Part shown: one piece after another, positions 38,086 through 51,808 of the stretch
How the letters are laid out: each line of letters opens with the position of its first letter
Numbering within the stretch: the first letter of the stretch is position 1
Source: Octopus vulgaris
Lineage: Eukaryota
Length of the DNA stretch: 64,000 nucleotides
Assembly (NCBI GenBank): GCA_951406725.2
Contig: OX597814.1
Coordinates: 170,004,001 to 170,068,000 of the forward strand
Reading direction: 5' to 3'
Translations under genes and position numbers: made by a program
The notes under the pieces: model-generated
What the model saw: the letters and a program-made list of their open reading frames with translations, nothing else
Told to the model about the DNA's origin: nothing
The model's database searches: none

Positions 38086-38631
38086 AACACCCTAACCACT
38101 AAGCCACGTACCTCCACTCAACACCCTAACCACTAAGCCATGCACCTCCACTCAACATCCTAACCACTAAGCCATGTGCATCCACTCAACACCCTAACCA
38201 CTAAGCCATGCACCTCCACTCAACACCCTAACCACTAAGTCATGCGCCTCCACTCAACACCCTAACCACTAAGCCACGTACCTCCACTCAACACCCTAAC
38301 CACTAAGCCATGCACCTCCACTCAACATCCTAACCACTAAGCCATGTGCTTCCACTCAACACCCTAACCACTAAGCCATGCACCTCCACTCAACACCCAA
38401 GCCACTAAGCTATGCGCCTCCACCCAACATCTTAACTACTAAGCCATGCACCTCTACTCAACACCCTAACCACTAAGCCATGCGCCTCCACTCAACACCC
38501 TAACCACTAAGCTATGCACCTCCACTCAACACCCTAACCACTAAGTCATGTGCCTCCACTCAACACCCTAACCACTAAGTCATGTGCCTCCACTCAACAC
38601 GCTAACCACTAAGCCATGTGCCTCCACTCAA
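38051..38631 (-). repeat. 34-bp minisatellite x17 derived from the SINE 5' end (contains the Pol III A-box)
   Basis: Unit ccactcaacaccctaaccactaagccatgcacct; the minus strand contains TGGCTTAGTGG and one TTAGGG per unit. Confidence 0.95.
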
Positions 38632-38854
38632 AGGTGGGGAACTGGCAGAGACGTTAGCATGCCGGGCGAAATGCTTAGCAGTATTTCGTCTGTCTTTATG
38701 TTCTGATTTCAAATTCCGCCAAGGTCGACTTTGCCTTTCATCCTTTTGGGGGTCAATATATTAAGTACCAGTTGCCCAATTGAATCAATCTAATCGACTG
38801 GCCCCCTCCCCCAAAGATTTTGGGCCTTGTGCCTAGAATAGAAAAGAATATATT

Positions 38855-39468
38855 TGTTACTGGACATGATTTACTGTGTTGGCTGTTTACAAGAGAAAGA
38901 TCTTGGTAATATTACTGCTGACTGAGAGGGGAGAACCACACTGAAGGCTAGCTGTGATACATCATGTGTGAGTGTTGGAAGCTGTTTCTTGCTCAATGTG
39001 GTCTGTCTGACTGTCTGAGTGTCCGAGGTGGTCTGTCTGACTGTCTGAGTGTCCGAGGTGGTCTGTCTGACTGTCTGAGTGTCCGAGGTGATCTGTCTGA
39101 TTGTCTGAGGTGATCTGTCAGAGTGTTCGAGGTGGTCTGGTCTTGGCAATCTGCTTTCCGTGACTGCCCATGGTGGTCTACCTGAATGCCTGAGGCCTTC
39201 TGGTCTTAGTGGTCTGCCAAGGCCATCTACCTTATTCGTTTGCCCAAGGCCATCTAGCTGAGTTAGGCACAAAATGGTTTTTATAGGGTGACAAGGAGGC
39301 AAACTTTAAATCATGAAGCCATGTCAACCACAGCTTCATGCTGGCTGGTCAATTTGTAGATCAATTACGTGAAAAAGTGGTGGCTCATTTATAGTGCCTA
39401 ACCAAGTATTTACCAGTTAGGCTTTGAATCCCTATATTATATTTGGACATCAAAATTTCCAAATGACA
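38855..39468 (-). mobile_element. Probable solo LTR (614 bp) with internal 30-bp tandem repeat
   Basis: TATT|TGTTA...TGACA|TATT (4-bp TSD, TG..CA ends). The minus strand has TATAAAA near 39280-39286 and AGTAAA shortly before the end. Confidence 0.65.
38998..39138. repeat. 30-bp tandem repeat (gtggtctgtctgactgtctgagtgtccgag) x3 plus two shortened units
   Basis: Direct reading of the sequence. Confidence 0.95.
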
Positions 39469-39494
39469 TATTTGATGAAGAATTTATTATAAAT

Positions 39495-39905
39495 ACTCTC
39501 TACTCTTTTACTTGTTTCTGTCATGTGACTGTGGCCATGCTGGAGCACCACCTTTAGTCGAGCAAATCGACCCCAGGACTTATTCTTTATAAGCCTAGTA
39601 CTTATTCTATCGGTCTCTTTTGCCAAACCGCAAAGTTACGGGGACATAAACACACCAGCATCAGTTGTCAAGCGATGTTGGGGAGACAAACACAGACGCA
39701 CAAACATACATATATATATATATATATACATATATACGATGGGCTTCTTTTAGTTTCCGTCTACCAAATCCACTCACAAGGCTTTGGTCGGTCCGAGGCT
39801 ATAGTAGAAGACACTTGCCCAAGGTGCCACGCAGTGGGACTGAACCCGGAACCATGTGGTTGGTAAGCAAGCTACTTACCACAAAGCCACTCCTATGCCA
39901 CTCCT
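39495..39905 (-). mobile_element. SINE family A
   Basis: Collinear with 2106-2510. Confidence 0.9.
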
Positions 39906-41027
39906 ACGCCACTCCTACTGTTTACAAAATGTGAAGATGCACCATTGGAAAGTAATTGGTTGTGAATACTCCAGAATTCCTGCACTTTTACAAATCTCAC
40001 ATAGACCCATAATTACTCTTGCACACCCTGAGTGAAAACCCTTCTGGCAAAACTATTCCATTTCATACGAAGAGTTGCAATCAAGTAGAAAATATCTCCA
40101 AGCACCAAATACTCTTTTAATAATCTGCTTATTGCTTTGCTCATTATGTCTATGTGAATAGAAAGAGAGAGGGATGAGATTGTCTTTGATTTCTTTTGTG
40201 TGATTTTTTTTACCTGCTTTTGTGATTGTTTTTGTGTGTTGTGTGATTGGTTATCTTTTTTAGCAACAGTTTTTCATTTGATATGTCCAACAGGTGAAAC
40301 AGTTCAGAATGTGGAATGGTTTTATTTTGCGCACCAATGCAGAATTTTCGCCACCCACTCACTCGCTCATCCATGTGCTGATGTATTTTGTTCTGTGTTA
40401 GTTGCTCACAACATTTAATCTATGGACATATAATGGATACAGAGAATGTTTGTGTGTGTGTGTATGTGTGTGTGCATGCGCATGTGTGTGAGTGTGTGTG
40501 TATTTGTATGTGTGCGTGCATGTGTGTGTGAGTATGTGTGTGAGTGTGTGTGAGTGTGTGTGTGTCTGCATGTGCATGTGTGTGAGTGTGTGTGTATTTG
40601 TATGTGTGCGTGCATATGTGTGTGAGTATGTGTGCGTGCATATATGTGTGTGTGAGTGAGTGTGTGTGCAAGTGTGTGTGTGTATGAGTGAGTATCTGTG
40701 TGTGAATGTGTGTGTATGTGTGTGTAAGTGTGTGTAAGTCTGTGTGTGTATGAAGAGAGAGAGAGGGAGAGTAGGGGAGGATGGGTGGATAATGTTAAGA
40801 GTTTTGTACAACTGGCCAATACAATGTTTTTAGTTCAAAACCTTTTACAGAGATAGTGCTAGTATTTGGTTGTCAACAGATACCAGAACACCATTCCTGT
40901 TTCATGTTTGAGTGGTTATTGATAGCAAAAATAGAAGAAAAGGAACCCAACTTCGTTGTAAAATTGAATTCTTTCAATAAGCAATATGTAAATGTCCATG
41001 TTTTATCATTTTAGCCAAATTAACACC

Positions 41028-41312
41028 TCACCACCTCACCACCTCACCACCACCATCACCACCACCAGCACCAGCACCACCACCGCCACCACCACCATCA
41101 TCATCACCACCACCACCACCATCACCACCACCACCACTACCAACACTACCACCACCACCACCACCACCACCACCACCACCACCACCACCACCACCACCAC
41201 CACCACCACCACCCACCACCACCACAACCACAACCACCACAACACCACCACCACCACCACCACCACCACTACAACCACCATCACTACCCCGACCACCACC
41301 ACCACCACCACT
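41028..41312. repeat. (ACC)n microsatellite
   Basis: Direct reading of the sequence. Confidence 0.95.
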
Positions 41313-41967
41313 ATTTTGAAAATGGTTTTATCCTCTGTTTCTATAAATTCTCGCAACAAAAATATTTAAAACCCAATGAAAGGGAGCCTCTACATGGTCC
41401 TAGAAAAAGCAACCAAATCTCTCTCAAATCACACTTAAGGAATTTAAAGAAAATGGAAGGCTACATGGGTTGGTTTTGCTCTGAGATGCAGGATATTTGA
41501 AAAGAGATAGGATGATCATAACTGGAATGGTTTTACTTATAAATCTAGCTTAATTAAGACTGACCTAAGGCTAATAACAACAACAACAATATTGCCTTTG
41601 TAGTGGCTGATGCTGGTGTTGCATAACTAGCACTCATGCCAGTAGCACATAAAAAGCACCTTTCGAGTGCTGGGCCTCACAGAGAAAATCACAAATGACC
41701 AAGACCTTTGTCAATATGCTGTGCTTGAGAAGAAGACCCATCGAGCCAAGTGAAATCATCGTTATGGCAGATACTGGCGCCATGCAAACTGGCACCCATG
41801 TCAGTGGCACATAAAAGCACTCATTACACTCTCAGAGAGGTTGGCATCAGGAAGGGCATCCAGTCGTTGAAACCATGCTAGATCAGACCAGAGACTGGCG
41901 CAGCCCTTCAGCTTACCAGCCCAGGTCAAACAGTCCAACTCATGCCAGCATGGGCAACAGACATTAA

Positions 41968-42000
<33 letters not shown>

Positions 42001-42596
42001 GTGGTGGTGATGGTGGTGGTGGTGAATGTGATTTCCTTATTGATAAAGGTCAAGAGCAATAAAACTATACTGCTATGTTTTGTTTGTCTTTGTGCTCGGA
42101 AATTATCTGGTACTTACTCCATCGGTTACGATGACAAGGGTTCCAGTTGCTCTGATCAGTGGAACAGCCTGCTCATGAAATTGATACGCAGGTGGTTGTG
42201 CACTCCACAGACACACGTACCCTTAATGTAGTTTTCAGGGAGATTCAGTGAGACACAGAATGTGACATGGCTGGCCCCTTTGAATAATAGGTACTTCTCA
42301 TTTTTTGCCAGCGAAATAGACTAGAGCAATTTAAATCAAAGGGTCACAATGTGCCACTGGGAATCGAACTCATGATTTTACAATTGTGAGCCACATACCC
42401 TAACCATTGAGCCACACACCTTCACTTAAAATTATCTATAATTTTACATAAATACTAGAATATTCCATAGTCCCATGTAGCTTAGACAAAGACTACTGTT
42501 GTTCTTACTGCTTGTTCTGAATCAGTTTTGAATCTGGACTCAAAGATACTGCTGACAACAATAGATGAACTAAGCCAAAGAGGGGAAACTCTAGGA

Positions 42597-42927
42597 CAGG
42601 GCTGGCCAACCTGTGGCTTGTGGGCCGTATGCAGTCTGCAGACTTTTATTTTGCAGTCCGCTTGATACTTTCTTGAACTGGGTTTATTTAAATAAACATT
42701 TTTAAAATGTTATCAAAAATTAAAGATTGTAATGAAAAGTAAAAAAGAAGGATACTGGTATTTTTGTAACAATAATATTTTGTGTTGAATCAATGATCAT
42801 TCATTCATTACTGTAATAATAGCACGAGAAAGCAAAATGCTTTCAATTCTGTCAATATACAAGCAACCCTCAAAACATTTTCTGTGATTGAAGTGGCTCG
42901 CAATGTAATTCAACTTGGCCAGGCCTG
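42597..42927. mobile_element. hAT (Charlie-like) MITE
   Basis: TIRs cagggctggccaa / ttggccaggcctg; 8-bp TSD ctctagga / ctcaagga. Confidence 0.88.
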
Positions 42928-44321
42928 CTCAAGGAGGTCACTCAATCTGCTAGAAATAGCTGCCAAAACTTCCTGATATCAGTGGTGGTGGTAGTGGTGA
43001 TGGTGGTGGTGGTGGTGGTGGTGGTGGTGGTGGTGTGGTGTTGGTGGTTGTGGTGGTGGTGGCGGTCATCATGATAGTTGAAGGATTGATGTAGAAATAT
43101 CAGAAATAAAATAGCCATCTATGTATCATACTTAATGCATATACACTGTTGATAGGCCAGTTACTGTAGATAACATTTGCTATGGATAAGCTATGTTAAA
43201 AACATAATAGATATTAGAGGGAGACTCTAAGAGATCACTCCAGATGTAATCAGCTAGAATGCATTTTAACCATTTTAGGCCTTTTCAGTGGCACATACTC
43301 ACAATCAACCAGATGTTTCGATGACAATCCATTGCCTCAAATGTAATGAAAAGTAAATAAAACATTCACAAATAGCTGCCCAGCTGAATAAAAATCTGGC
43401 ATATGCAACTGAGGCAGAATTAAATTGAAATAGCCAACTATGAAACATACTAAATGTATATACACCCTTAATAGGCCAGTTACTGCAGTATTCATCCTGA
43501 GATAACATCTCTTATGAACATGCAGTGTTGAAAACACAATAAATATCGAAAGGAGATGAAAAACTGTCCCATCAGTGGCCGGCAAGAATACTTGATTCAT
43601 TTTTTGACATTTTTTAGGTCTTTTCAATGATGTGTACTCAAATCTAGCCAGAAGCCTGGATGGGAATTAAGTACCTCCAATATTGGTAGTACTTAAGTTG
43701 GAGATGGGTGTATTAAGTAGAAATGAAGGACACTGCTTGTATGACAGTGACATTCATTTACAACCATTATTGCCATGTCAAAGCATGGGGACAATAACTT
43801 ACACACAAACATACACATATATACATATATGTGTACATGCATGCACACATACATACATAAATACATACCTTTTCATACATACATATATACATACATACAT
43901 ACATAAATACATACCTTTTCATACATACATATATACATACATACAAGCAAACATACATACATACAAGCAACCATACATACACACAAGCATACATACATAC
44001 ATACATGCATACATACATACATACATACATACATACATACATAAATACGTTTTCATACATACATACATACATACATACATACATACATAAATAAATACCT
44101 TTTCATACGTACATATATACATACATACAAGCAAACATACATACATACAAGCAAACATACATACACACAAGCATACATACATATATACACACAAGCATAC
44201 ATACATACATACATACATACATACATACACACAAGCATACATACATACATACATACATACATATGTACATACACACATACCTATACATGCATACAGACAT
44301 ACATATATTCATTCATACATA

Positions 44322-45219
44322 CAAGGTACCCAAAAGAAACTGGAGTTTTGCAATGTTATTTTATTCTCTTAGTTTTACTTGTTTACACTTTTATCACCTT
44401 CAAAGTATTCTTCATTTGAAGCAATGCATTGGTTCAACTGCATTTTCCACTGTTCAAAGCATTCCTGGAACTTTTGCAAAGTGACGCTTTTTAACGCCTC
44501 CATCATTTTTTCTTCACCTCTTTCACATCTGAAAATTCAGTAGCACCAGCTTTCATCATGAGTGATGACCTTCAAAAAAAGGTCTGGATCAATTTCCCAT
44601 TGTTCTTTCAGCTCACGACACTCATTCAGTCATAACTGCTTTTGATCTTCTGTGAGCAAGCAAGACAAATTTTGCTGCAACATTTTTCATTTGCAATCCC
44701 TTGCTCAAAATTCGTTGGTAGGTGCTCCAGGACACATCAGTCATATCAACAAGTTTGTCAATTATTCAGTGATGGTCCTCTAAGATCAGTTTATGAATTT
44801 CTACGATGTTTTTATTTGTTCAAGAGGTCGACAGTTGCCCTGAAGGAGATTGGTCTTCAAGAGACAAGTGACCATTCCTAAAGCATGGAAACCACTTGTA
44901 AACTTGTGTTTAGCTCATGGCAGTGTCCTTGTAAGCTATTTGAAGCATGACAACTGTTTTGGCTGCTGTTTTCTGCAGCAGAAAACAGAATTTCTTGGAA
45001 GCATGCTGTTCCTTCATCTTAGCCATCACAAAAATTGACAAACAGAGGAGAAGCACTGTAAAGCAAAAACACACCATGTGGCAGTACGATACTACTCAAT
45101 GACACCAGTTGGCAGACTGATGCCTGAGGGTTGCATCAAGTGGCTTCTAGCAGCAGAAGCCTGAACTACAATGGGCTTACCCACAGAGAACATTTCCAGT
45201 TACTTTTGGTATCACTTCA
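44322..45219 (-). mobile_element. Defective mariner-like element
   Basis: TA-flanked degenerate TIRs similar to 10972; minus strand KFCFLLQKTAAKTVVMLQIAYKDTAMS*TQVYKWF. Confidence 0.75.
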
Positions 45220-45685
45220 TATATACTTTACATACACACATACATACATGCATACATACATACATACATACATACATACATACATACATACATACATACA
45301 TACATACATACATACATACATACATCACTTTGCATACAGCAGTATTTCATCTGCCATTACATTCTGAGTTCAAATTCCACCGAGGTCAACTTTGCCTTTC
45401 ATCCTTTCGGGGTCAATTAAATAAGTACCAGTTACGCACTAGGCTTGATGTAATCGACTTAATCCCTTCGTCTGTCCTTGTTTGTCCCCTCTGTGTTTAG
45501 ATCCCTGTGGCCAATAAAGAAATATCATCATCCTCATCGTTTAACGTCCGCTTTCCATGCTAGCATGGGTTAGATGTATGACTGAGGGCTGGCGAACCAG
45601 ATGGCTGCACCAGGCTTCAATCTTGATCTGGTAGAGTTTCTACAGCTGGATGCCCTTCCTAACGCCAACCACTCCGACAGTGTAG

Positions 45686-45738
<53 letters not shown>

Positions 45739-45865
45739 TAAATTAGAGATAAAACCACTATTAGGCAAATCATACAATAAAAAACTCAAGCCAATACATA
45801 AGATTAATTAATTTATATTATTTTAAATATATATCAAAATTATTAAAAAAAGATAATTAGTATAA

Positions 45866-45928
45866 CACTACGATCGTTTCATGGCTGTCCAATTCTTAAA
45901 ATTTCGGGTTACAGTCATTCTTCAGGTG
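45866..45928 (-). ncRNA. Minimal type I hammerhead ribozyme motif with intact core, in a (TA)n-flanked module (about 45735-46030)
   Basis: cac-CTGAAGA-atgactgt...acagccat-GAA-ACGATCGT-A-gtg; palindromic stem III, GUA triplet. Confidence 0.8.
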
Positions 45929-46024
45929 ATTTAAATATTTAACTTAGCGAAGTTTAGTATAAAATTGGATTCAATCCTAAATCTGATTTTTCCCTGTAAG
46001 TTTGGATTTATTCCCGAATATTTC

Positions 46025-46075
<51 letters not shown>

Positions 46076-46885
46076 GTATGTATAGTAATATATATATATA
46101 TTACAGCCATGCTACAGGCTTCTTTCAGTTTCTGTCAACAAAATCCACTCACAAGACTGGTTGACTTGGGTCTATAGTAGAAGACACTTGCCCAAGGTGC
46201 TGTGCAGTGTAATCAAAGCCATGTTGTCGGGAATCAAACTTCCTACCACAAAGCCTCACGTACACCTATGATCTTAAAACATTGATTTATGTAATCCCAG
46301 AGAGGAAACGGTAGGATGGGCATGGCTGAAACTGAAATACCTTTGATCATGTAACCTACTCAGTTAGGGCTGACCTGGGTCTAAACATCAGAGAATTACT
46401 GTTAAATTCCCTGTCCAAATACATGATAAAACCACAACACCTCATCAATCTAACCTTTGTTACTCACCTATAATCGTTATATTCAGACACATAACATACT
46501 TTAATGTTACAGAGAGAGCGTATTCATCTGCATCGTTGCTTCCATCAGATAAATAGCAAATTATTGCAACAAATGGAGACATCCACTTTATGTTTGTGTA
46601 AAATAAACAAGAAAAGAATTTTCGGAAATATTAGGAACAAATTATTAAATTTGATGAAAGTTCAAAGATTCGTGTTTTCGAAAGTTATGCTATTCCCCTC
46701 CGCTAACAAAAGCTTCTAAATACAAAAATAATATAAACAATGATGAGGTGTGTGTGTGTGTGTGTGTAGGGGGGCGTGGAGGGCGGGTTAAATGATGCTC
46801 AGTTAAGTTTCCATAACAACACTTTAAAGCTTGTTATTTCTCCAAAGCTATTTCTAATTTGTGTGATTCAGAGTGTAATATATAT

Positions 46886-47049
<164 letters not shown>

Positions 47050-47514
47050 ATGCATATACATACATATATATATATATCCATATATATACATATACATATA
47101 TATATATATATACATAAACACATACATACATAAACACACATACATAAACACTTACATACACACACATATAGATAGATAGATAGATAGATATATGTATGTA
47201 TATATATTTCTTATACACACACACACAAATAGATAAATTTGTGTATATCTGTATAAGTGTGTACGTTTGTATGTATGTATATATACATGTGTGTAGATGC
47301 ATGCATGACTATGTGATAAGAAACTTGCTTCCCATTCATGTAGTCTTCGGTTCAGTCCCATTGCATGACACCTTGAGTAAGTGTCTTCCACTATAGCTCT
47401 GGGCTGACCAAAGCCCTGTGAGTGGATTTGGTAGATAGAGACTGCAAGAAGCCTGTTGTGCATGTATATTTGTATACACACACACACACACACACGCACA
47501 TATATATATGATGG

Positions 47515-48085
47515 ATTCTCTCATCGTGAATGACAAATGTGACTTCAGTAAAATAAAGTGGTAATCATGTTCTATGGACATGAATGTGTCTCTTGAGGTG
47601 GTACCTTGTTGGTGGTACCTTGAAAACCTTTTGGCAAAGGGAACAAGTTTTTTTGATAATTTATTATGTGTTTTTCTCAGAGGATGGCAAGGCCTGCTTT
47701 GCTTTGTGCCACAAAACCACAATAGCAGGTAAGATTTTCATTTAGAGTAGCAGCGTTTTGCCAGAGTGCCTTTATGCTTGCACAAAGTTGGCCCCAATGC
47801 TGGAGTCAACTTTGCTCAAATCTTTGAATTACGGATAAGCAGGACTGATGCCAGATCCTGAATTCTGGTTCTTTGTTTCCCCAGGAAGTAAAGGGAATGT
47901 TGCTTTGCTTCAGATTCTCTTTTAGTTTGTCTTTGAAGAGCAAGAGTGGCCTTCCAACTGACCATCCTGTTGAGAATTGGTCAAAGAGAAGTTGCTTCAG
48001 AATTCTAATGTCACTCATATGTGAGAAATGACCTTAGTTATATTTTGATGAGAATGGCTTCAGTACCTGATATGTTGCATTTTGT
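47515..48085 (-). mobile_element. RTE-clade LINE 3' fragment
   Basis: HMSDIRILKQLLFDQFSTGWSVGRPLLLFKDKLKENLK, then a C2H2-like remnant (CWFCGTKQS). Confidence 0.8.
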
Positions 48086-48267
48086 TAGCACCTCACTTTA
48101 ACGAATGTGGTCACTTGACTTCATCATCTGGCACAAGATCACCTCCTCCAATGCCCTATCCCCTCTCAAAGAATTTTTGTCTTGCAAGTTACTTGGTGAC
48201 CTACAACTGCTGGTGCCACAAAAAGCAACCAGTCCACACTATAAAGTGGTTTACGTTTAGAAGGGCA

Positions 48268-48303
<36 letters not shown>

Positions 48304-48369
48304 TGTATGTATGTATGTATGTATGTATGTATGTATGTATGTATGTATGTATGTATGTATGTATGTATG

Positions 48370-48400
<31 letters not shown>

Positions 48401-48663
48401 GTATGCATGCATGCATGTATGTATGTATGTATGTATGTATGTATGTATGTATGCATTATATTATATTAAATATGTGAATAATTAAATACAATTTAGAATT
48501 TACAGCTGCACAGGCAGTGTCTTCTTGAAAAAAATTTCAGTTACAACTATGATGTTGTTGGTACAAAATGTTCTTTGTCTATCTCCTTAACTTCTTGGAG
48601 ATTTTAGGTAAAATTATACTAATGTGTCCTTCTGTTCTAATTTAATTAAATTGTACGTCTTTG

Positions 48664-48755
48664 TGCAGCTGAAGATTGGTCTAAATTTTAAATTGATATA
48701 ATGAAATGATTGCATTGTTCAATTAAATGGAGTTGCATGAAACAATTGTACTGCA
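48664..48755 (+). ncRNA. Hammerhead ribozyme motif with intact core and long, weak stem II
   Basis: tgcag-CTGAAGA-...-GAA-ACAATTGT-A-ctgca; 5-bp stem I, palindromic stem III. Confidence 0.7.
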
Positions 48756-48867
48756 TTACCTCTGGATATCCTTGTTGCTTATTTTGATTTTTAATCACCT
48801 TACCTTGAAATTGTATGGATAATACCGTATTAAATTCTGATGCCTCAACTTAAGTACCATATTCATC

Positions 48868-48936
<69 letters not shown>

Positions 48937-49235
48937 GTAGATAGATAGATAGATAGATAGATATGTATGTGTGAATGGATGTATGTATATATGATTCATA
49001 AATGAGAATCAAATACTCTCCATGTACAGGATGCTTTGTAGTGCTCAAGAGATTTAAACTTGAGTGGGTAGAGAAGTAAATGTAAGGACAAGTAAGTTAG
49101 ACAGGTCAGTATATAAAGTATATCAAATACATGATATACAAAAAAATGTATATATGTTTACATACAAAAGGGTCCAACTTGTACAGAATTCAAATGATAT
49201 CAAGAAATAAAGAGGTTGAAGGAAATTATTACAAA

Positions 49236-49325
49236 TCCAACAGCTGTTTCGGGAGCTCAGTTGTACAAAATAATGCTTGTAAATTGATTCCGTCTTCAGA
49301 TGAGATGAGCCTATGTCTTCAGGGA
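49236..49325 (-). ncRNA. Hammerhead ribozyme motif with duplicated CTGAAGA box
   Basis: tcc-CTGAAGA-cataggctcatctcat-CTGAAGA-cggaatc...gagctccc-GAA-ACAGCTGT-T-gga. Confidence 0.65.
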
Positions 49326-49450
49326 AGAGATCTTACATCTAAGGTGTTGACAGAAAGAAGTTTATATGTAAATATATATACATTTTTTGTTTCATGTATT
49401 TGATATACATGGTATATTGACCTGCCTAATTTGCTTATCCTTACAATTAC

Positions 49451-49523
<73 letters not shown>

Positions 49524-49556
49524 TATAATATCACTGTCGTCGTCATCATCATCACT

Positions 49557-49588
<32 letters not shown>

Positions 49589-51456
49589 CATCATCATGCA
49601 ATGTCCATTTTCCATGCTGGCATGGGTTGTATGGATTTGACAGGAGCTGGTAAGGCTGGGAGCTGCACCAGGCTCCATAGTCTGTTTTGGCATGATTTCT
49701 ACAGCTAGATGCCCTTCCTAATGCCAACCACTTTACACAATGTACTCGGATGTTTTTTACATGGCACCAGCAACAGTGCCTTTTATGTGGCATTGGCACA
49801 AGTGCTTTTTGCAAAGAACCAGTACTAGCACCAGTGCTTTTTACATGAAACCATCACCGGTACTTTTTATGTGGTACTAGCACCAGTGCATTTTATGTGG
49901 CACCAGCACCAACAGGGTCACTGAGTAACTTGCAAGACAACCCCCCGCTCATTTAGGAGGAAGGAATAGGTGTGAGAGGGATGTCTTTCTGTTGGTTGAT
50001 GAGAGATTAGAGGTGTAGAAGGACAGGTGTGTCCCTTGAAGGCATGCACTGACACATCTTCACCACCAGCTGTTTCTATCTTAGAGTCAAACTCACCTGC
50101 TCTCTTTATCATATATGTGTATATGTGTGTGTATGTATGTATACACACACATATATATACAGAGAGAGACAGCCAGACTGTGAGGGAAGGAATGAGAGGA
50201 GGGAAAGAGAGAGTGAGTGAGACAATACAATGTTAGTAATACCATTGTTTCCACAGACTAACCCATCGATTCTCTACACGGCTGGTGACAAATAATGATG
50301 TTGAAATTGTTTCTCATTTTACATATAGCAAGCTTTTCAGTGATGTGACAGGGAATTGAATTTTATGGTAATTCTACACTCTCCTGTTCTCAGTTTCTGT
50401 CTTGTTTTGTATAAATACGAAGCAGACAGATCTAGCTATGAATATTTCTTCATTATATTGATTTTTTATTTGTTCATAATGGATGAGATAGTTGACACCT
50501 CACACTAATACTATCTTATTACTCTGGCAGAAAAATCTCTTGTTTATATCCTGTGAGGTTTAACTGTAGTTATTGAATGGCCGACAGATAACTAACAGAT
50601 GTCATTGGCTAGAAAAAATGGCACAAGTTAATCCGAAGACCCAGTGTTTGGTAATATAACATTCCTATGAAAAATCTTCTTTGGGTTTCCAGGTTGCAAT
50701 GTTATGGGAAAAGAAAATGATATTTAATAACAGTCATGCTTTTTGTTTTTTTTATGTCTTTGTTTTTTTTGTCTTTGTTTTTTTTTTCCATTCTTCAAAA
50801 TTATTTGTGAAGTAAATAAATTGGCACCAGTTGGCAACAATGAAAATCGTATGGAATTTATCTCTTGCTCTCTGGCATTCTCCACAATATTTCATGATTA
50901 AATTGCTTGCAAAGAATGGCAAGTTTTCAAAGTGATAGCACACTAGCTGAAATACCTTATAACATATATAATTACAGACATTTTTACACTTCCCACTAGC
51001 TTCACTCAATTGACTGTAAGTTATACAGAGGCAATTTCATTCTATAGTGTAGTTGACTACATCGACCTTACGACTTATTTGTTTATTGATTGGTACTTAT
51101 TATGTCAATATATTTTAATGAGTCACTGTGTTTTGGGGATGTAAAAAAACCAACACCAGTTGTCAAGGAGTGGTGGGAAGGGACAAACACAGACACAAAG
51201 ACATGCACACACACATTTAAGTATATGTCCCAGTATATATGTATATATATATGTATATGATGAATGGTCTATTGGACCTATTGTTTAATTGTGTTTATTT
51301 ATGTATTTATACACATGTAAAAGTATATATACTATGATTATATATGTATATATGTATAAGTGTAAGTCTATATGGATATTTGTTCATATTTTTTATATAT
51401 ATTAAATTATACATGTATCTTGTTTCATGTATTAATATTTTTAAAGCTCTTTGTAA

Positions 51457-51583
51457 CCTTTGACGTGGCCTATGGTTATATATATAAGTACCCTATTTTT
51501 AAATGCCTACAACCTCAATATAATTGACAACTATAGGCATGGAAAAAAACTACTTTTATCCATAGGCTGAAACAGCTGTAAGG
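51457..51583 (+). ncRNA. Degenerate hammerhead motif
   Basis: cct-TTGACGT-ggcctatgg...ccataggct-GAA-ACAGCTGT-A-agg; stems intact, two substitutions in the CUGANGA box. Confidence 0.6.
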
Positions 51584-51776
51584 AGTGATTTTAATGATTT
51601 CAAAAATTTACATTAGGATTTTATAATTGCTTTTTTATCTTATATGTATTGAATTATAATGTATATATGTATGCTATTAAGGTTCTCATTTTTGTTAAAT
51701 GAATAAATAATTCAACATTCTAATATCTGAAAGCTGATGAGCCAACTAAAATGTTTCTCCATTTTCTTATTTGTAT

Positions 51777-51808
<32 letters not shown>

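Noticed and set aside
38051-38631. CRISPR array or interstitial telomere
   Set aside because: Units are contiguous with no unique spacers, there are no cas genes, and the context is eukaryotic. TTAGGG occurs once per 34-bp unit as part of the SINE head rather than as a telomeric tandem.
38871-39302. 143-aa ORF with TSDTQTVRQT repeats
   Set aside because: It is open mainly because of the 30-bp tandem repeat within a probable LTR; no recognisable domain.
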